In this document: piece by piece, positions 37,401 to 46,941 of the stretch
Numbering within the stretch: the first letter of the stretch is position 1
How the letters are laid out: each line of letters starts with the position of its first letter
From: Candidatus Palauibacter rhopaloidicola
GTDB lineage: Bacteria > Gemmatimonadota > Gemmatimonadetes > Palauibacterales > Palauibacteraceae
Assembly: GCA_026914155.1 (NCBI GenBank)
Contig: JAPPGH010000039.1
Coordinates: 63,351 to 127,350 of the forward strand
Length of the DNA: 64,000 nucleotides
Reading direction: 5' to 3'
Made by a program: the position numbers and the translations under genes
Notes under the pieces: generated by a model
Databases searched by the model: none
What the model was told of the DNA's origin: nothing
Seen by the model: only the letters and a program-made list of their open reading frames with translations

Positions 37401-40400
37401 GGATGGACGACCATCGCGTGTTCGGCCGCGTCGTGGCGCCCGGCGCGCTGTACGGCGCCATGACGATCGCGGCGTCCCTCCTCGAGGAGGGCGGATCGGT
37501 GGTCGTGGAGGAGATGCAGTTGCACAACCCGCTCGTCTTCGATGAGGAGGGGGACGAAGCGGATGCGGCGGGGCGGACGCTGCAGGTCGTGCTCGATGCT
37601 CCGGACCCGGCGGCGCCGCGCGGCGTCCAGATCTTCAGCCGGGGGAGCGAGGGCGTCTGGACGGTCCACGTGGAGGGTCGCCTGGCGGCCGGCGTGCCCG
37701 GTCCCGACGGCGGCGGCGGTCCCGTCGACCTCGAGAGTCTGAGGGCCGATCTCTCGCCCGTGGATCCGGCGGACTACTACCGCCACCGCGCGAGTACGGG
37801 GGTCGATCTCGGCCCGTCCTTCCGCACGCTGGCGAGGGCCTGGTCCGGCCCGGGAGAGGCGGTGGCCGAGGTGTCGCTGCCGGAAGCGTTGGCCGGACAC
37901 GGGCTGGACGTGCATCCGCTCGTGCTGGACGGCTGCTTCCAGGCCGTGGGCGTGGCCCGCGACGTGTCGGGAACGGAGGGCGGCGCGACGTACCTCCCGT
38001 TCGGCTGGGAGAGGCTGTGGCTGGCGGGGCCGCTGCCCGACCGGGTGGTGTGCCACGTGCGCCTGAGCGATGCCTCGCGCGACGCGGAAGCCGGGGGGAG
38101 CGAGCCCGCGGAGGTTCTGAGCGGCGAACTGCGCATCTACGATACGGATGGCGCTCCGCTAGGTCGCCTGAGCGGCTACACGGTGAAGCGGGCCACGCGG
38201 CAGGCGCTGCTCTCGGCGGTCGAGGGGATCAAGGACCTGCTGTACGAGGTCGTGTGGCGCGAGCGCGCACTCCCGTTGGGTATCGCTCCCGCGGACTTCT
38301 TCCCGAGCCCCTCCGCCGTCGCGGGGGGAGCGCAGTTGTTCGCCGGCTACCTGACGGACGCGGGCGTCGACCCGGGCGACCGCAACGCCCTTCTGGCGGA
38401 CCTCGAGCGCTGGTCGCACGCGCGCGCCCTGGCGACCCTCGAAGATCTGGGCTGGCGGAGAACCGCGGGGGATACGGTGGACCCGGAGCAACTCCGGCAG
38501 GAGCTGGACGTCCTCCCGGAACACGGGCGCCTCTTCCGCCGCATGTTCGAGATGCTCGCCTGGTCCGGCGTGGCGGAGGAGACGGCCGACGGCTTCCGCA
38601 TCCTCGTGGGGCCGGGCGATCCGCTGCCGGAGCAGCTGCCGCGGGATCTGGACAAGTTCGCGACCGGGATGGCCGGCCGCTATTCGCACGGTCTCACGGA
38701 AGTCGGCCTCTTCCGGCGCTCCGGCATGGCGCTGGCCGACGTGCTGCGGGGCGGGGAGGATCCTCTCACGCTCCTGTTCAGCAGCGGGGAGCCGACGGCG
38801 GCGGACCTGTACCTGAAGGCGCCCGTCGCGCGCGCCGCGAACGAGATGCTGGCGGAGGCGGTGCGGGCGCTGGTGGCCGCGCTCCCGGACGGCCGGCGGC
38901 TGCGGGTGATCGAGGTCGGGGCGGGGACGGGGTCGGCGACCGCGTCGGTTCTGCCCGAGCTGCCGGAGGGGCGGTTCGACTACGTGTACACCGACATCTC
39001 CGCCGGTTTCTTCGCGGAGGCCGAGGCACGCTTCGGCGACGGCGGCGGGAGCATCGAATACCGTCCCCTGGACATCGAGAAGGACCCCATCCCCCAGGGC
39101 TTCGACGCCCACGGCTACGACCTCATGATCGCCTCGAACGTGCTGCACGCGACGCGGTACCTGGAGGAGACGCTCGGACACTGCCGGGACCTCATGGCGC
39201 CGTCCGGGCAGCTGGTCGCGCTCGAGAACCTCACCGGCCTGGGTTGGATGGACCTCACGTTCGGGCAGCTCGACGGTTGGTGGCGCTTCGCCGACGACTA
39301 CCGTCCGCACCACGCGCTGGCCGACCCCGGCGTGTGGCGGCAGGCCCTCGGCGACGCGGGGTTCGAGGCTGTGGAAGTTCTCGGCGTGGACGAGTCCGAT
39401 CCCGACATGCAGCTCGACAAGGGCGTGATCGTCGCGCAGGGCCCGGCGAAGGTGATGGAGCCCGCGGGCGCGTGGGTTTTCGCGGCGGACGAGGGCGGCG
39501 TGGCGGAGAGGCTGGCCGCCGAGATGAGGTCGCGGAACCAGACGGTCGTCCTCGCGGACGGGAAGGGCACCAGCGACCGCGAGGCGTGGCGGTCGCTGAT
39601 CGAGAGCCTGCCGGAGGAGGTGCCGTTCCACGGCGCCGTGCACCTCGCGGCGCTGGATGGCCACGGGGAGCGCGCCACCACCGATGAACTGGCGGCCGAC
39701 GTCGAGGGCGCGGTGGCGAGCGCGCTCGCGCTCGTGCAGGGCGTGGGCGATTCGGATCTGACCCCCGGGAAGGGCGTGTGGTTCATCACCCGCGGGGCCC
39801 AGATCCTCGAGCGCGAGCGGGGCGGGGAACTCGCCGGCGCCGCCGTGTGGGGGTTCGGCAAGGGCGTGGCCCGGGAAGCGGGGCACCTGCAGGCGCGGAT
39901 GCTCGATCTCGACCCCGGCTCGATGGCGCCGGAACCGGATCTCGTGAACGAACTCCTCTACCCGGATCCCGAGAACCACATCGCGTACCGCCGCGGAAGC
40001 CGCCGGGTGACGCGCCTCGTGCGCATGGACTCCGGCGCCGGGCGCCTCGAGTTCCCGGAGGAGACGGAATGGGTGCTGGCGCCCGACCCGGGGGGAGTGT
40101 TCGACCGGCCGCACGTGCAGCCCCTGCCGGCGCGGCCGCTCGAACCGCATGAAGTTCGCGTCGCGGTCGAGGCTTCCGGCCTGAACTTCTGGGACGTGTT
40201 CCGGTCGCTCGGCTTCATCGAGGAGGGTCTGCTGGGCCGGGAGATGAGCGGCCGCATCCTCGAGACAGGCTCCGACGTGTCATCGGTAGCGGCCGGCGAT
40301 CACATCGTCGGGCTGGGGTTCGGCGCCTTCGCGCCGCAGATGATCACGCACGAGAAACTCGTCGCTCCCGCGCCGGAAGGCTTCTCCGTCAGCGGCCTGG

Positions 40401-43045
40401 CGACGGTGCCGAGCGCGTTCGTGTCGGCGGCGCTGTCCTTCGAGCTGTCCGGGCTGGAAGCGGGCGAACGGGTGCTCGTGCACGCCGGCGCGGGCGGCGT
40501 CGGGCTGGCCGCCATCCAGCTCGTGCAGGCGGCCGGGGCGGAGGTCTTCGCCACGGCCAGCGCACCGAAACAGGCGTACCTGCGCTCGCTGGGCGTCGAG
40601 CACGTGTTCGACAGCCGCACGACCGACTTCGGGGATGAGATCCTCGAGGCGACGGACGGCGAGGGCGTGGACGTGGTGCTGAACAGCCTCACGAGCGAGG
40701 GCTTCATCGACGCGAGCCTCGCCTGCCTGCGGAAGGGCGGCCGCTTCGTCGAGATGGCCCGCCGCGACATTCTCACCGAGGAGGAGATGGCGGCCGTGCG
40801 TCCGGACGTGGGCTACTGGATCCTCGAACTGGACGTGGTCAAGAAGACGGACCCCGCATGGGCGGGGCGGATCCTGCGGGGTCTGATGGGCCGCGTCTCG
40901 ACCGGAGAACTCAAGCCGATCATCCACAGCCGGTGGCCGCTGGCCGAAGCGGGCGCCGCGCTGTCGTTCATGCGCTCGGCCCGCCACCTCGGGAAGATCG
41001 TCGTGACGACGCCTCCGCTCGTGCGGGGCGGGCTGCGCGGAGACCGCAGCTATCTCGTGACGGGGGGTCTGGGCGGGATCGGGATCGCCGTGGCCAACTG
41101 GCTCGCCGAGCGGGGCGCGGGGGCGATCGTCCTGAACGGGCGGCGGAACCCCGACCCCGAAGCCGAGGAAGCCATCCAGGCGCTCCGGCAGCGCGGCGCG
41201 ACGGTCGAGGTCGAACTGGCCGACATGACCGACCAGGCGGCCATCGACGGCATGCTGGAGCGCATCGAGCGCGATCTGCCTCCGCTCGGAGGCGTGATCC
41301 ACAGCGTCGGCGTGCTGTCGGACGGGGCGCTCACGAACCAGAGCTGGGAGCGTTTCGAGAGGGTGCTGTGGCCCAAGATCCTGGGCGCCTGGCACCTGCA
41401 CCGCGCGACGTTGGACCTCGACCTGGACTTCTTCACGCTCTTCTCGAGCCGGGTCGGCGTCATGGGCAATCCCGGCCAGGCGAACCACGCCTCGGCCAAC
41501 GCCTTCCTGGACCAGCTCGCCGGCCACCGCCGCGCGCTGGGCCTCCCCGGGCAGGCCATCGCCTGGGGCGCCTGGTCGGACATCGGCGAGGCGGCGGAAC
41601 AGCGCGACCGGATCGACCGGCAGCGGTCGGCGCTCGGCGGCCGCTGGTTCACGCCGCAGCAGGGCATGCGGGCGTTCGACCGGCTCGTGCGTCAGGACGC
41701 CACGACGTCGGTCGTCATGTCAATGGACTGGGATGTGTTCGAGGAGGCCGTCGAGGATCCTCCCCCGATGCTGGAGGATCTGCTCTCCGCGGCGTCCGAG
41801 GCACGGGCGGGCGACGACGCTTCCTCCGAGGATGTCCTCACGCGGCTTCGGGGGACGCTGGCGGCGGAGCGGGAGGACCTCCTGGTGTCCTTCGTGCAGG
41901 GAGAGGTGCAGGCCGTCCTGCGGCTGTCGGCGGCTCCGGCCCCCACCGTGGGCTTCTTCGATCTCGGGATGGACTCGCTGATGGCCGTGGAGTTGCGCAA
42001 CCGGCTCAACCGGGCGTTCTCCGGGACGTACACGGCGCCGAACACGCTGGTGTTCGACTATCCGAACATCGCAGAACTCGCCGCGCACCTGGCCGAGGAA
42101 CTCGGGGAAGGGGGTGCCGCTCCGGCCCCGGCGCCCGAGCCCGCGCCGGAGGCCAGCGTCCAGCCGTCGGAGCGTGACGCGGACGACGGTGCCGTGGACG
42201 ACGGCGTGGCGATCGTCGGCATGGCGTGCCGTTTCCCCGGCGCGCCGGACCTCGCCGCCTTCTGGCGCCAACTCGACGCCGGGATGGATGCGGTCACGGA
42301 CGGGCGCCGGGACCCGGGCCCGTGGAACGGCGTGGCCGGGGATCCCGCCTCGGAGGACCACGACTCCCGCCGCGGCGCCTTCCTCGAGGACATCGACAAG
42401 TTCGACGCGCGCTTCTTCGGGATCACTCCGATCGAGGCGCGGATGATGGACCCCCGTCAGCGTCTCCTGCTCGAGACGACGTGGCACGCGCTGGAGGATG
42501 CGGGCCTGGATTCGGCGCAGTTGAAGGGTACGAACACGGGGGTCTACGCCGGCGTCACCACGGGAGACTACCGGGATCTCGCCGCGGCCATGGGCCACGG
42601 GCACGGATACCTGGGGACGACGATGAGCGTGACCGCCGGCCGGATCTCCTTCGCGCTCGGTCTCACCGGCCCCGCGGTGCCGGTCGACCTGGCGTGCGCT
42701 TCCTCGCTCGCGGCGGTCCACCAGGCCGCCGCAGCCGTCCGGCACGGAGAGGTGGAAATGGCCCTCGTCGGGGGTGTCAACGCGATCCTGTGGCCGGAGA
42801 CCACGGCCTTCATGAAGGAGGTCGAGATGCTCTCCGCGAGCGGATACTGCCACACCTTCGATGCGGCGGCGGACGGGTTCGTGCGGGGCGAGGGCTGCGG
42901 GCGCCCGGCGCGATCTCCGCCAGCGCGCGCGCGGCCTCGATCTGGCCTTCCGTCACGTAAAGGGCCGAGGTGTGCCCCAGCCGCTCCATCTGCGCGCGCG
43001 CCGCCTCGACGACCGCCGGGTTACAGTGGCCGACCGATGTCGTGA
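34472..43045 (+). CDS. Type I PKS KS-AT-DH-cMT-ER-KR-ACP-KS(truncated), SupA-like; PKS homology ends about 42901
   Basis: KS DAACASS/HGTGT/NIGH; AT GHSIG, RAFHS; DH HRVFGRVVAP; MT EVGAGTG; ER HAGAGGVG; KR TGGLGGIG; ACP GMDSL; KS2 DLACASS ending at VRGEGCG. Confidence 0.92.
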   Translation: MADRNGRRAEPVAIIGMACRFPGASGIPAFWRLLEEGGNSVQEGVPGSGVGRWGQIFGDNAVLSDGCRFGAFVDDIDLFDDAFFRISPVEAELLDPQQRMMLETTWEALEDAGIDPDGLRETLTGVYTGISNDEYRMLVVDSSKPAEAASCLYALSGTNLNGTSGRVSFVLGLRGPAKAVDAACASSMVSVHDAVADLQQGRADLAIAGGVQAILNGRIYELRADAMMLSPDGQCKTFDASANGYVRGEGCGVVVLKRLSEAAADGDRIWAVIRGSAVNHGGASTGLTVPHTPALEEVMETALADAGVSPLEVDYLEAHGTGTTVGDPIEANAVVAVYGKGRNADNPLLMGSVKTNIGHLESAAGVAGVIKAALVLHRGVIPKHLHFHDPNPSLDWDRLPLRVTSSMTEWPSGTEGPRRAGVNSFGISGTNAHLVMEEYRVPDEAPDEARADGGWVAGAGRPVAVSMSATVADVPVPEGVGPRASRLLPLSGKSEGALRDLAERYVSWLDEHAAEPSFGGLASGPLLSDMAWTAGVGRSHFDHRAGVAFRDAASLRERLLALAAADGGASAGAPARVAFAYTGQGSQWAGMGAALYESEPVARAVLDRCEAVFVEERGVSLLDVMFGRPGGTGDLGDTAWEQPALYALECALTALWESLGVRPHVVIGHSIGELAASQAAGVFSLEDGMRFAAARGALMSRMDEGGMAAVFAAPEQVASAVEAVNAAASGVGLSISGYNGSHQVVSGPVADIEAISKRFEEEGVRVRRLNTKRAFHSALVDPILDELAASLDGAAIEAPSLTVVSNLTGRAVEAGQTLDGAYWRRHAREPVAFAQGVRTLADLGVDLVLEIGPRSLLAPMAASAWPEPSQAPAPAVLSSLTAPPADAPDTQEADGFVEAVGAAYEAGLPIRFAGLFAGETRRRISLPSYPFQRVRHWLAPPKRRRGSAGHPLLGARHESARGEIAFETDVFPADPSWMDDHRVFGRVVAPGALYGAMTIAASLLEEGGSVVVEEMQLHNPLVFDEEGDEADAAGRTLQVVLDAPDPAAPRGVQIFSRGSEGVWTVHVEGRLAAGVPGPDGGGGPVDLESLRADLSPVDPADYYRHRASTGVDLGPSFRTLARAWSGPGEAVAEVSLPEALAGHGLDVHPLVLDGCFQAVGVARDVSGTEGGATYLPFGWERLWLAGPLPDRVVCHVRLSDASRDAEAGGSEPAEVLSGELRIYDTDGAPLGRLSGYTVKRATRQALLSAVEGIKDLLYEVVWRERALPLGIAPADFFPSPSAVAGGAQLFAGYLTDAGVDPGDRNALLADLERWSHARALATLEDLGWRRTAGDTVDPEQLRQELDVLPEHGRLFRRMFEMLAWSGVAEETADGFRILVGPGDPLPEQLPRDLDKFATGMAGRYSHGLTEVGLFRRSGMALADVLRGGEDPLTLLFSSGEPTAADLYLKAPVARAANEMLAEAVRALVAALPDGRRLRVIEVGAGTGSATASVLPELPEGRFDYVYTDISAGFFAEAEARFGDGGGSIEYRPLDIEKDPIPQGFDAHGYDLMIASNVLHATRYLEETLGHCRDLMAPSGQLVALENLTGLGWMDLTFGQLDGWWRFADDYRPHHALADPGVWRQALGDAGFEAVEVLGVDESDPDMQLDKGVIVAQGPAKVMEPAGAWVFAADEGGVAERLAAEMRSRNQTVVLADGKGTSDREAWRSLIESLPEEVPFHGAVHLAALDGHGERATTDELAADVEGAVASALALVQGVGDSDLTPGKGVWFITRGAQILERERGGELAGAAVWGFGKGVAREAGHLQARMLDLDPGSMAPEPDLVNELLYPDPENHIAYRRGSRRVTRLVRMDSGAGRLEFPEETEWVLAPDPGGVFDRPHVQPLPARPLEPHEVRVAVEASGLNFWDVFRSLGFIEEGLLGREMSGRILETGSDVSSVAAGDHIVGLGFGAFAPQMITHEKLVAPAPEGFSVSGLATVPSAFVSAALSFELSGLEAGERVLVHAGAGGVGLAAIQLVQAAGAEVFATASAPKQAYLRSLGVEHVFDSRTTDFGDEILEATDGEGVDVVLNSLTSEGFIDASLACLRKGGRFVEMARRDILTEEEMAAVRPDVGYWILELDVVKKTDPAWAGRILRGLMGRVSTGELKPIIHSRWPLAEAGAALSFMRSARHLGKIVVTTPPLVRGGLRGDRSYLVTGGLGGIGIAVANWLAERGAGAIVLNGRRNPDPEAEEAIQALRQRGATVEVELADMTDQAAIDGMLERIERDLPPLGGVIHSVGVLSDGALTNQSWERFERVLWPKILGAWHLHRATLDLDLDFFTLFSSRVGVMGNPGQANHASANAFLDQLAGHRRALGLPGQAIAWGAWSDIGEAAEQRDRIDRQRSALGGRWFTPQQGMRAFDRLVRQDATTSVVMSMDWDVFEEAVEDPPPMLEDLLSAASEARAGDDASSEDVLTRLRGTLAAEREDLLVSFVQGEVQAVLRLSAAPAPTVGFFDLGMDSLMAVELRNRLNRAFSGTYTAPNTLVFDYPNIAELAAHLAEELGEGGAAPAPAPEPAPEASVQPSERDADDGAVDDGVAIVGMACRFPGAPDLAAFWRQLDAGMDAVTDGRRDPGPWNGVAGDPASEDHDSRRGAFLEDIDKFDARFFGITPIEARMMDPRQRLLLETTWHALEDAGLDSAQLKGTNTGVYAGVTTGDYRDLAAAMGHGHGYLGTTMSVTAGRISFALGLTGPAVPVDLACASSLAAVHQAAAAVRHGEVEMALVGGVNAILWPETTAFMKEVEMLSASGYCHTFDAAADGFVRGEGCGRPARSPPARARPRSGLPSRKGPRCAPAAPSARAPPRRPPGYSGRPMS

Positions 43046-43268
43046 GGATGCCCGCGAACAGGTCCAGGTACTCATCGCCGTCCACGTCGGTGAGCCAGAC
43101 GCCCTCGCCCCGCGAGAGCGCGAGAGGCTCGCCGTAGTAGGGACGGACCCAGGGATAGAGGTAGTCGCTCTGCGCCGCGGTCAGCTTCCGCGTGCGGGAT
43201 GTCGCCGCGTGCGCGGGATCGGCGGCGTACGCCGAGGATGTCTGCGGGGCGGTCTGTACGTTGCTCAC
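42899..43268 (-). pseudogene. 5' fragment of class III aminotransferase, truncated
   Basis: GTG start with AGGAGA RBS; RGEGVWLTDVDGDEYLDLFAGILTTSVGHCNP...ALAEIAPG, then homology is lost. Confidence 0.8.
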
Positions 43269-43290
43269 GAGTGTCTCCTGGTTCCGGGCG

Positions 43291-44148
43291 TCAGTCCCAG
43301 CGGTAGAAGCCGCGGCCGCTCTTCCGGCCGAGGCGGCCCGCCGCCACCATGCGCTCGAGGAGGGCCGGGGGCTCGAACACCGACGATCCGAGCGCCTCGT
43401 GCAGGTAGCGGGCGATGTCCAGCCGGACGTCGAGTCCGACGAGGTCTCCCAGTTTCAGCGGTCCCATCGGGTGCCGGTAGCCGAGCATCATCGCGGTGTC
43501 GATGTCCTCGGGGCTCGCCACGCCTTCCTCCACCATGCGGATCGCCTCCAGCCCGAGCGCCAGCCCGAGCCGCGAGGAGGCGAACCCGGGCGAGTCGGCG
43601 ATGACGATCGGCGTCTTCCCGAGGCGTTCGGCGACCCCGCGCGCCCTCGCCACGGTTTCATCGGACGTCTCCGCCCCGCGCACGATCTCGACGAGCGCCA
43701 TGATGTGGACGGGGTTGAAGAAGTGCATCCCGATCACGCGGTCGGGCGACGGGAGTCCCTCCGCGAGGGCGGTGATGGAAAGGGAGGAGGTGTTGGTGGC
43801 CAGCAAGGCGCCGTCGGCGGCCGCCTCCCCGCACCGCGCAAGGACCTTCTGCTTGAGATCGAGTTTCTCGGGCACGGCTTCGATCGCGATCCCGACCCCA
43901 TCGGCGGCTTCACCCAGGTACCGGCTGTACGACAACCCTTCGAGCGCCCGGTCGCGCGCTTCGGCCGTGACCTTCCCGCGCTGGATCCCCTTGCGGAGGT
44001 TGGCCTCGATGCGCCCGCGCGCCGTTTCCAGCGCCTCGGGCATGACGTCGAAGAGCCGGGTGTCGTAGCCGGACATCGCCGCGACCTGCGCGATCCCGTG
44101 TCCCATCGTGCCGGCCCCGAGCACGGCCAGCGCCGGACGCGCCGTCAT
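43291..44148 (-). CDS. 3-hydroxyacyl-CoA dehydrogenase (PaaH/FadB-like)
   Basis: GAGTMGHGIA, EAVPE, TNTSSL, GMHFFNP, HPMGPL. Confidence 0.92.
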   Translation of the reverse strand: MTARPALAVLGAGTMGHGIAQVAAMSGYDTRLFDVMPEALETARGRIEANLRKGIQRGKVTAEARDRALEGLSYSRYLGEAADGVGIAIEAVPEKLDLKQKVLARCGEAAADGALLATNTSSLSITALAEGLPSPDRVIGMHFFNPVHIMALVEIVRGAETSDETVARARGVAERLGKTPIVIADSPGFASSRLGLALGLEAIRMVEEGVASPEDIDTAMMLGYRHPMGPLKLGDLVGLDVRLDIARYLHEALGSSVFEPPALLERMVAAGRLGRKSGRGFYRWD

Positions 44149-44663
44149 TCGAGCCAGTCCTCCGGGTTCATTTCCGGTTCGGGCCGGAGCGAGTAGCGGC
44201 GCACGACCTCGATGGCCTCGAAGCCGAGGTCGTCGGCGAGCGCGTTCGCGATCAGGTTGTCCGCTCCGGTGAAGAGGCGCACCTCGTGGATGTCCCAGTC
44301 CGCCGCCCACTCGAAGGCTGCGCGCAGCAGGCGCCGCAGGTTCCCCTTGCGCCGCTCCTCCCGCCTCACGAACGGCGTCTGGATGCGCACGTAGCGGGGC
44401 GGGTCGAACAGGGGTTCGTTCTCCTCCACGAAGCAGACGAGCATGCCGTCGAGGCCGCCGTCTTCCGCCTCCAGCACGAAGACGACGCTCGTGGCCTCTT
44501 CGATGTGACGGCGAAACATGCCCGCGCGCGTCTCGATCGCGTCCGTCCGGAGCCGCCGGTAGGCGGGATTGAGGGCATGAATCCGCATGTAGCGGGTCCA
44601 CATCGCGACGAGTTCGTCGATGTCGCCGACCCGCGCCGGCCGAACCGTGACGGTCTCAGGCAC
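44145..44663 (-). CDS. GNAT-family acetyltransferase
   Basis: TVRPARVGD, FVRREERRKG, NALADDLGF; overlaps both neighbours. Confidence 0.7.
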   Translation of the reverse strand: MPETVTVRPARVGDIDELVAMWTRYMRIHALNPAYRRLRTDAIETRAGMFRRHIEEATSVVFVLEAEDGGLDGMLVCFVEENEPLFDPPRYVRIQTPFVRREERRKGNLRRLLRAAFEWAADWDIHEVRLFTGADNLIANALADDLGFEAIEVVRRYSLRPEPEMNPEDWLE

Positions 44664-45492
44664 GCACACCCCCTTCCGTCGCCCCGGGGCTTTCATCCTT
44701 GCCGCCGCTTCCGAACCGGGGCGGGCGCTTCTCCACGAAAGCCCGGACCCCCTCGAGCGCGTCCGCGGACTCGAAGCAGGCCTTCTGCGCCGCCGTCTCG
44801 TAGTCCATCATCTCGTCGAAGCTGGACGAGAGGGAGCGCTGCACCGCTTCCTTCGCGAGCCGCAGGGGCAGCGCCGGCTTCCGCGCCAGCGTGCGCGCCC
44901 ACTCGCGGGCCAGCGGCATGAGTTCGTCCGCGGGGACCACGCGGTTCACGAGCCCGATCCGCTCGCACTCGGCGGCCGGAACCATCTCCGCGAAGAAGAA
45001 GAGTTCCGCGGTGCGGGCCGGACCCACGAGGCGGGGCACGGCGTAGGTCCCGCCCCAGTCCGGGTGGAGGCCGATGCGGTTGAAGGTCTGGCCGATCGAC
45101 GCCGTCTCGGAGGCGAGCCGCAGGTCGCAGGCGAGGGCGAGGTTCGCACCGCCCCCCGCCGCGGGCCCGTTCACCGCGGCGATCACGGGCTTGGGCATCC
45201 CCCGGATGGCCGCCGCGACCCGCCGTCCCGCCTCGACGAGGGCGACGGCCTCGTCGATGGCCCGCGTTTCGATGAGGCGGGTGAGGTACTTGACGTCGGC
45301 GCCGGCGCAGAACGCGCGCCCGGTTCCGGTGATGATGACCGCGCGCACCCCATCGTCCGCGCCGAGCGTCTCGATCCCGCCCGCGATCTCGCCCCGCATT
45401 TCCCCGATGAAGGCGTTGAGCTTGTCCGGCCGGTTCAGCGTGAGCGTCCCCACGCCGTCCTCGATCTCGATCAGGACGTGTCCCTCGCTCAT
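44656..45492 (-). CDS. Enoyl-CoA hydratase/isomerase (PaaG-like)
   Basis: LNRPDKLNA, FCAGAD, GPAAGGG, GLHPDWGG. Confidence 0.9.
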   Translation of the reverse strand: MSEGHVLIEIEDGVGTLTLNRPDKLNAFIGEMRGEIAGGIETLGADDGVRAVIITGTGRAFCAGADVKYLTRLIETRAIDEAVALVEAGRRVAAAIRGMPKPVIAAVNGPAAGGGANLALACDLRLASETASIGQTFNRIGLHPDWGGTYAVPRLVGPARTAELFFFAEMVPAAECERIGLVNRVVPADELMPLAREWARTLARKPALPLRLAKEAVQRSLSSSFDEMMDYETAAQKACFESADALEGVRAFVEKRPPRFGSGGKDESPGATEGGVRA

Positions 45493-45508
45493 GCCGAACC
45501 TCCCCGCC

Positions 45509-46729
45509 TCATGCCGTTTCCGCGTCGCGGTGCACGAGGAGCGCGATCCCCTGGCCGACCCCGATGCACATCGTGACGAGCCCGTGGGATGCGTCCCGCC
45601 GCCGCATCTCGTGGACGAGCGTCGTGAGGATCTTGGCGCCGGTACACCCGAGGGGATGGCCGAGCGCGATCGCGCCCCCGTTCACGTTCACCCGCGCCGG
45701 ATCGAGGCCAAGCTCGGCGATGCAGGGCAGGGCCTGCGCGGCGAACGCCTCGTTGAGTTCAATCAGGTCGAGGTCGTCGACCGCAAGTCCCGCTCTTTGC
45801 AAGGCCTTGCGGGTGGCCGGAACCGGTCCGATGCCCATGCGCTGCGGTTCCACGCCGGCGACTGCGGAAGCCCCGACGGTCGCCAGGGGTTCGAGGCCGA
45901 GTTCGTCCGCGGCGGCCCGGCTTGCAATGAGGACGGCGGCCGCCCCGTCGTTGATCCCGGACGCGTTCCCGGCCGTCACGGTGCCGTCCGACCGGAAGGC
46001 GGCGCGCAGGCGGGCGAGCTGCTCGGGGGTCGTGCCGGGGCGCGGGTGCTCATCGCCTCCCACGCGCACCGGGGCGCCCTTTCGCTGCGGGACGTCGACG
46101 GGCACGATCTCGTCCGCGAACCGGTCCGCCTCGATCGCGGCGGCGGCGCGGCGCTGGCTCTCCACCGCGAAGGCGTCCTGTTCCCCGCGCCCGACGCCGT
46201 GATCCTCCGCCACGACCTCCGCGGTCTCGGCGAGCGGGATCGTCCACGGCTCGGGCATGGCCGGGTTGGCGAAGCGCCACCCGACCGTGGTGTCGGCGAG
46301 CTTCGGCGGCACGCGCGAGAAGGCCCGGTCCGTCTTCAGCATGACCCACGGTGCCCGGGACATGCTCTCGACGCCGCCCGCGATGAACACGTCGCCCTCG
46401 CCGGCCCGGATCGCGTGCGCGGCGGTGACGACCGCCTGCAGCCCGGACCCGCAGAGCCGGTTCACGGTCTGGCCCGCGACCTCGACGGGGAGTCCGGCCA
46501 GGAGCCCGGCCATCCGCGCCACGTTGCGGTTGTCCTCGCCGGCCTGGTTCGTGCACCCGGCGATCACGTCCTCGACGCGGCCGGGCGGGACGCCGGTCCG
46601 CTCGACGAGGGCGCCGATCGCGTGCGCCAGCAGGTCGTCGGCCCGGATCGACGACAGCGCGCCGCCGGCGCGCCCCACCGGCGTGCGGACGGCGTCGATG
46701 ATGACCGGGGTGCGATCGGCGCCGCTCAT
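45509..46729 (-). CDS. Beta-ketoadipyl-CoA thiolase-like acetyl-CoA C-acyltransferase (PaaJ/PcaF-like)
   Basis: [37 protein letters not shown]. Confidence 0.92.
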   Translation of the reverse strand: MSGADRTPVIIDAVRTPVGRAGGALSSIRADDLLAHAIGALVERTGVPPGRVEDVIAGCTNQAGEDNRNVARMAGLLAGLPVEVAGQTVNRLCGSGLQAVVTAAHAIRAGEGDVFIAGGVESMSRAPWVMLKTDRAFSRVPPKLADTTVGWRFANPAMPEPWTIPLAETAEVVAEDHGVGRGEQDAFAVESQRRAAAAIEADRFADEIVPVDVPQRKGAPVRVGGDEHPRPGTTPEQLARLRAAFRSDGTVTAGNASGINDGAAAVLIASRAAADELGLEPLATVGASAVAGVEPQRMGIGPVPATRKALQRAGLAVDDLDLIELNEAFAAQALPCIAELGLDPARVNVNGGAIALGHPLGCTGAKILTTLVHEMRRRDASHGLVTMCIGVGQGIALLVHRDAETA

Positions 46730-46774
46730 CGCGCTTCTCCCCGTTCCCGCCGTCTCGTCCCGATCCGCCGCGTC

Positions 46775-46941
46775 CTAGTGTCGTGTCCCGGAAATACCAC
46801 GGCTATTCGAGCGCCGATGCATCCGGCTCCGCGGCGTTGCTCCTCCTCGAAATGGCGCTGCCATTCCTCGTCGGAGCGCCTTGCGGAATCCGGCGCCTCG
46901 GCACTCTCGGTAGCTCGCGTATCTCCGGGACACGACACTAG
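46775..46941. mobile_element. 167-bp non-autonomous palindromic element (MITE/ERIC-like) bounded by CTAG
   Basis: Terminal inverted repeats CTAGTGTCGTGTCCCGGAAATAC / GTATCTCCGGGACACGACACTAG (22/23 match); internal symmetry around AATGGC-GCT-GCCATT. Confidence 0.75.

Noticed and set aside
34379-42853. Long antisense ORFs (856, 663, 415 and 377 aa) over the PKS, and similar shadow ORFs elsewhere
   Set aside because: Arg/Pro/Ala-rich with no motifs; expected opposite high-GC3 genes.
42902-43045. Apparent novel C-terminal tail of the PKS
   Set aside because: It is the antisense of the aminotransferase fragment beyond the breakpoint.
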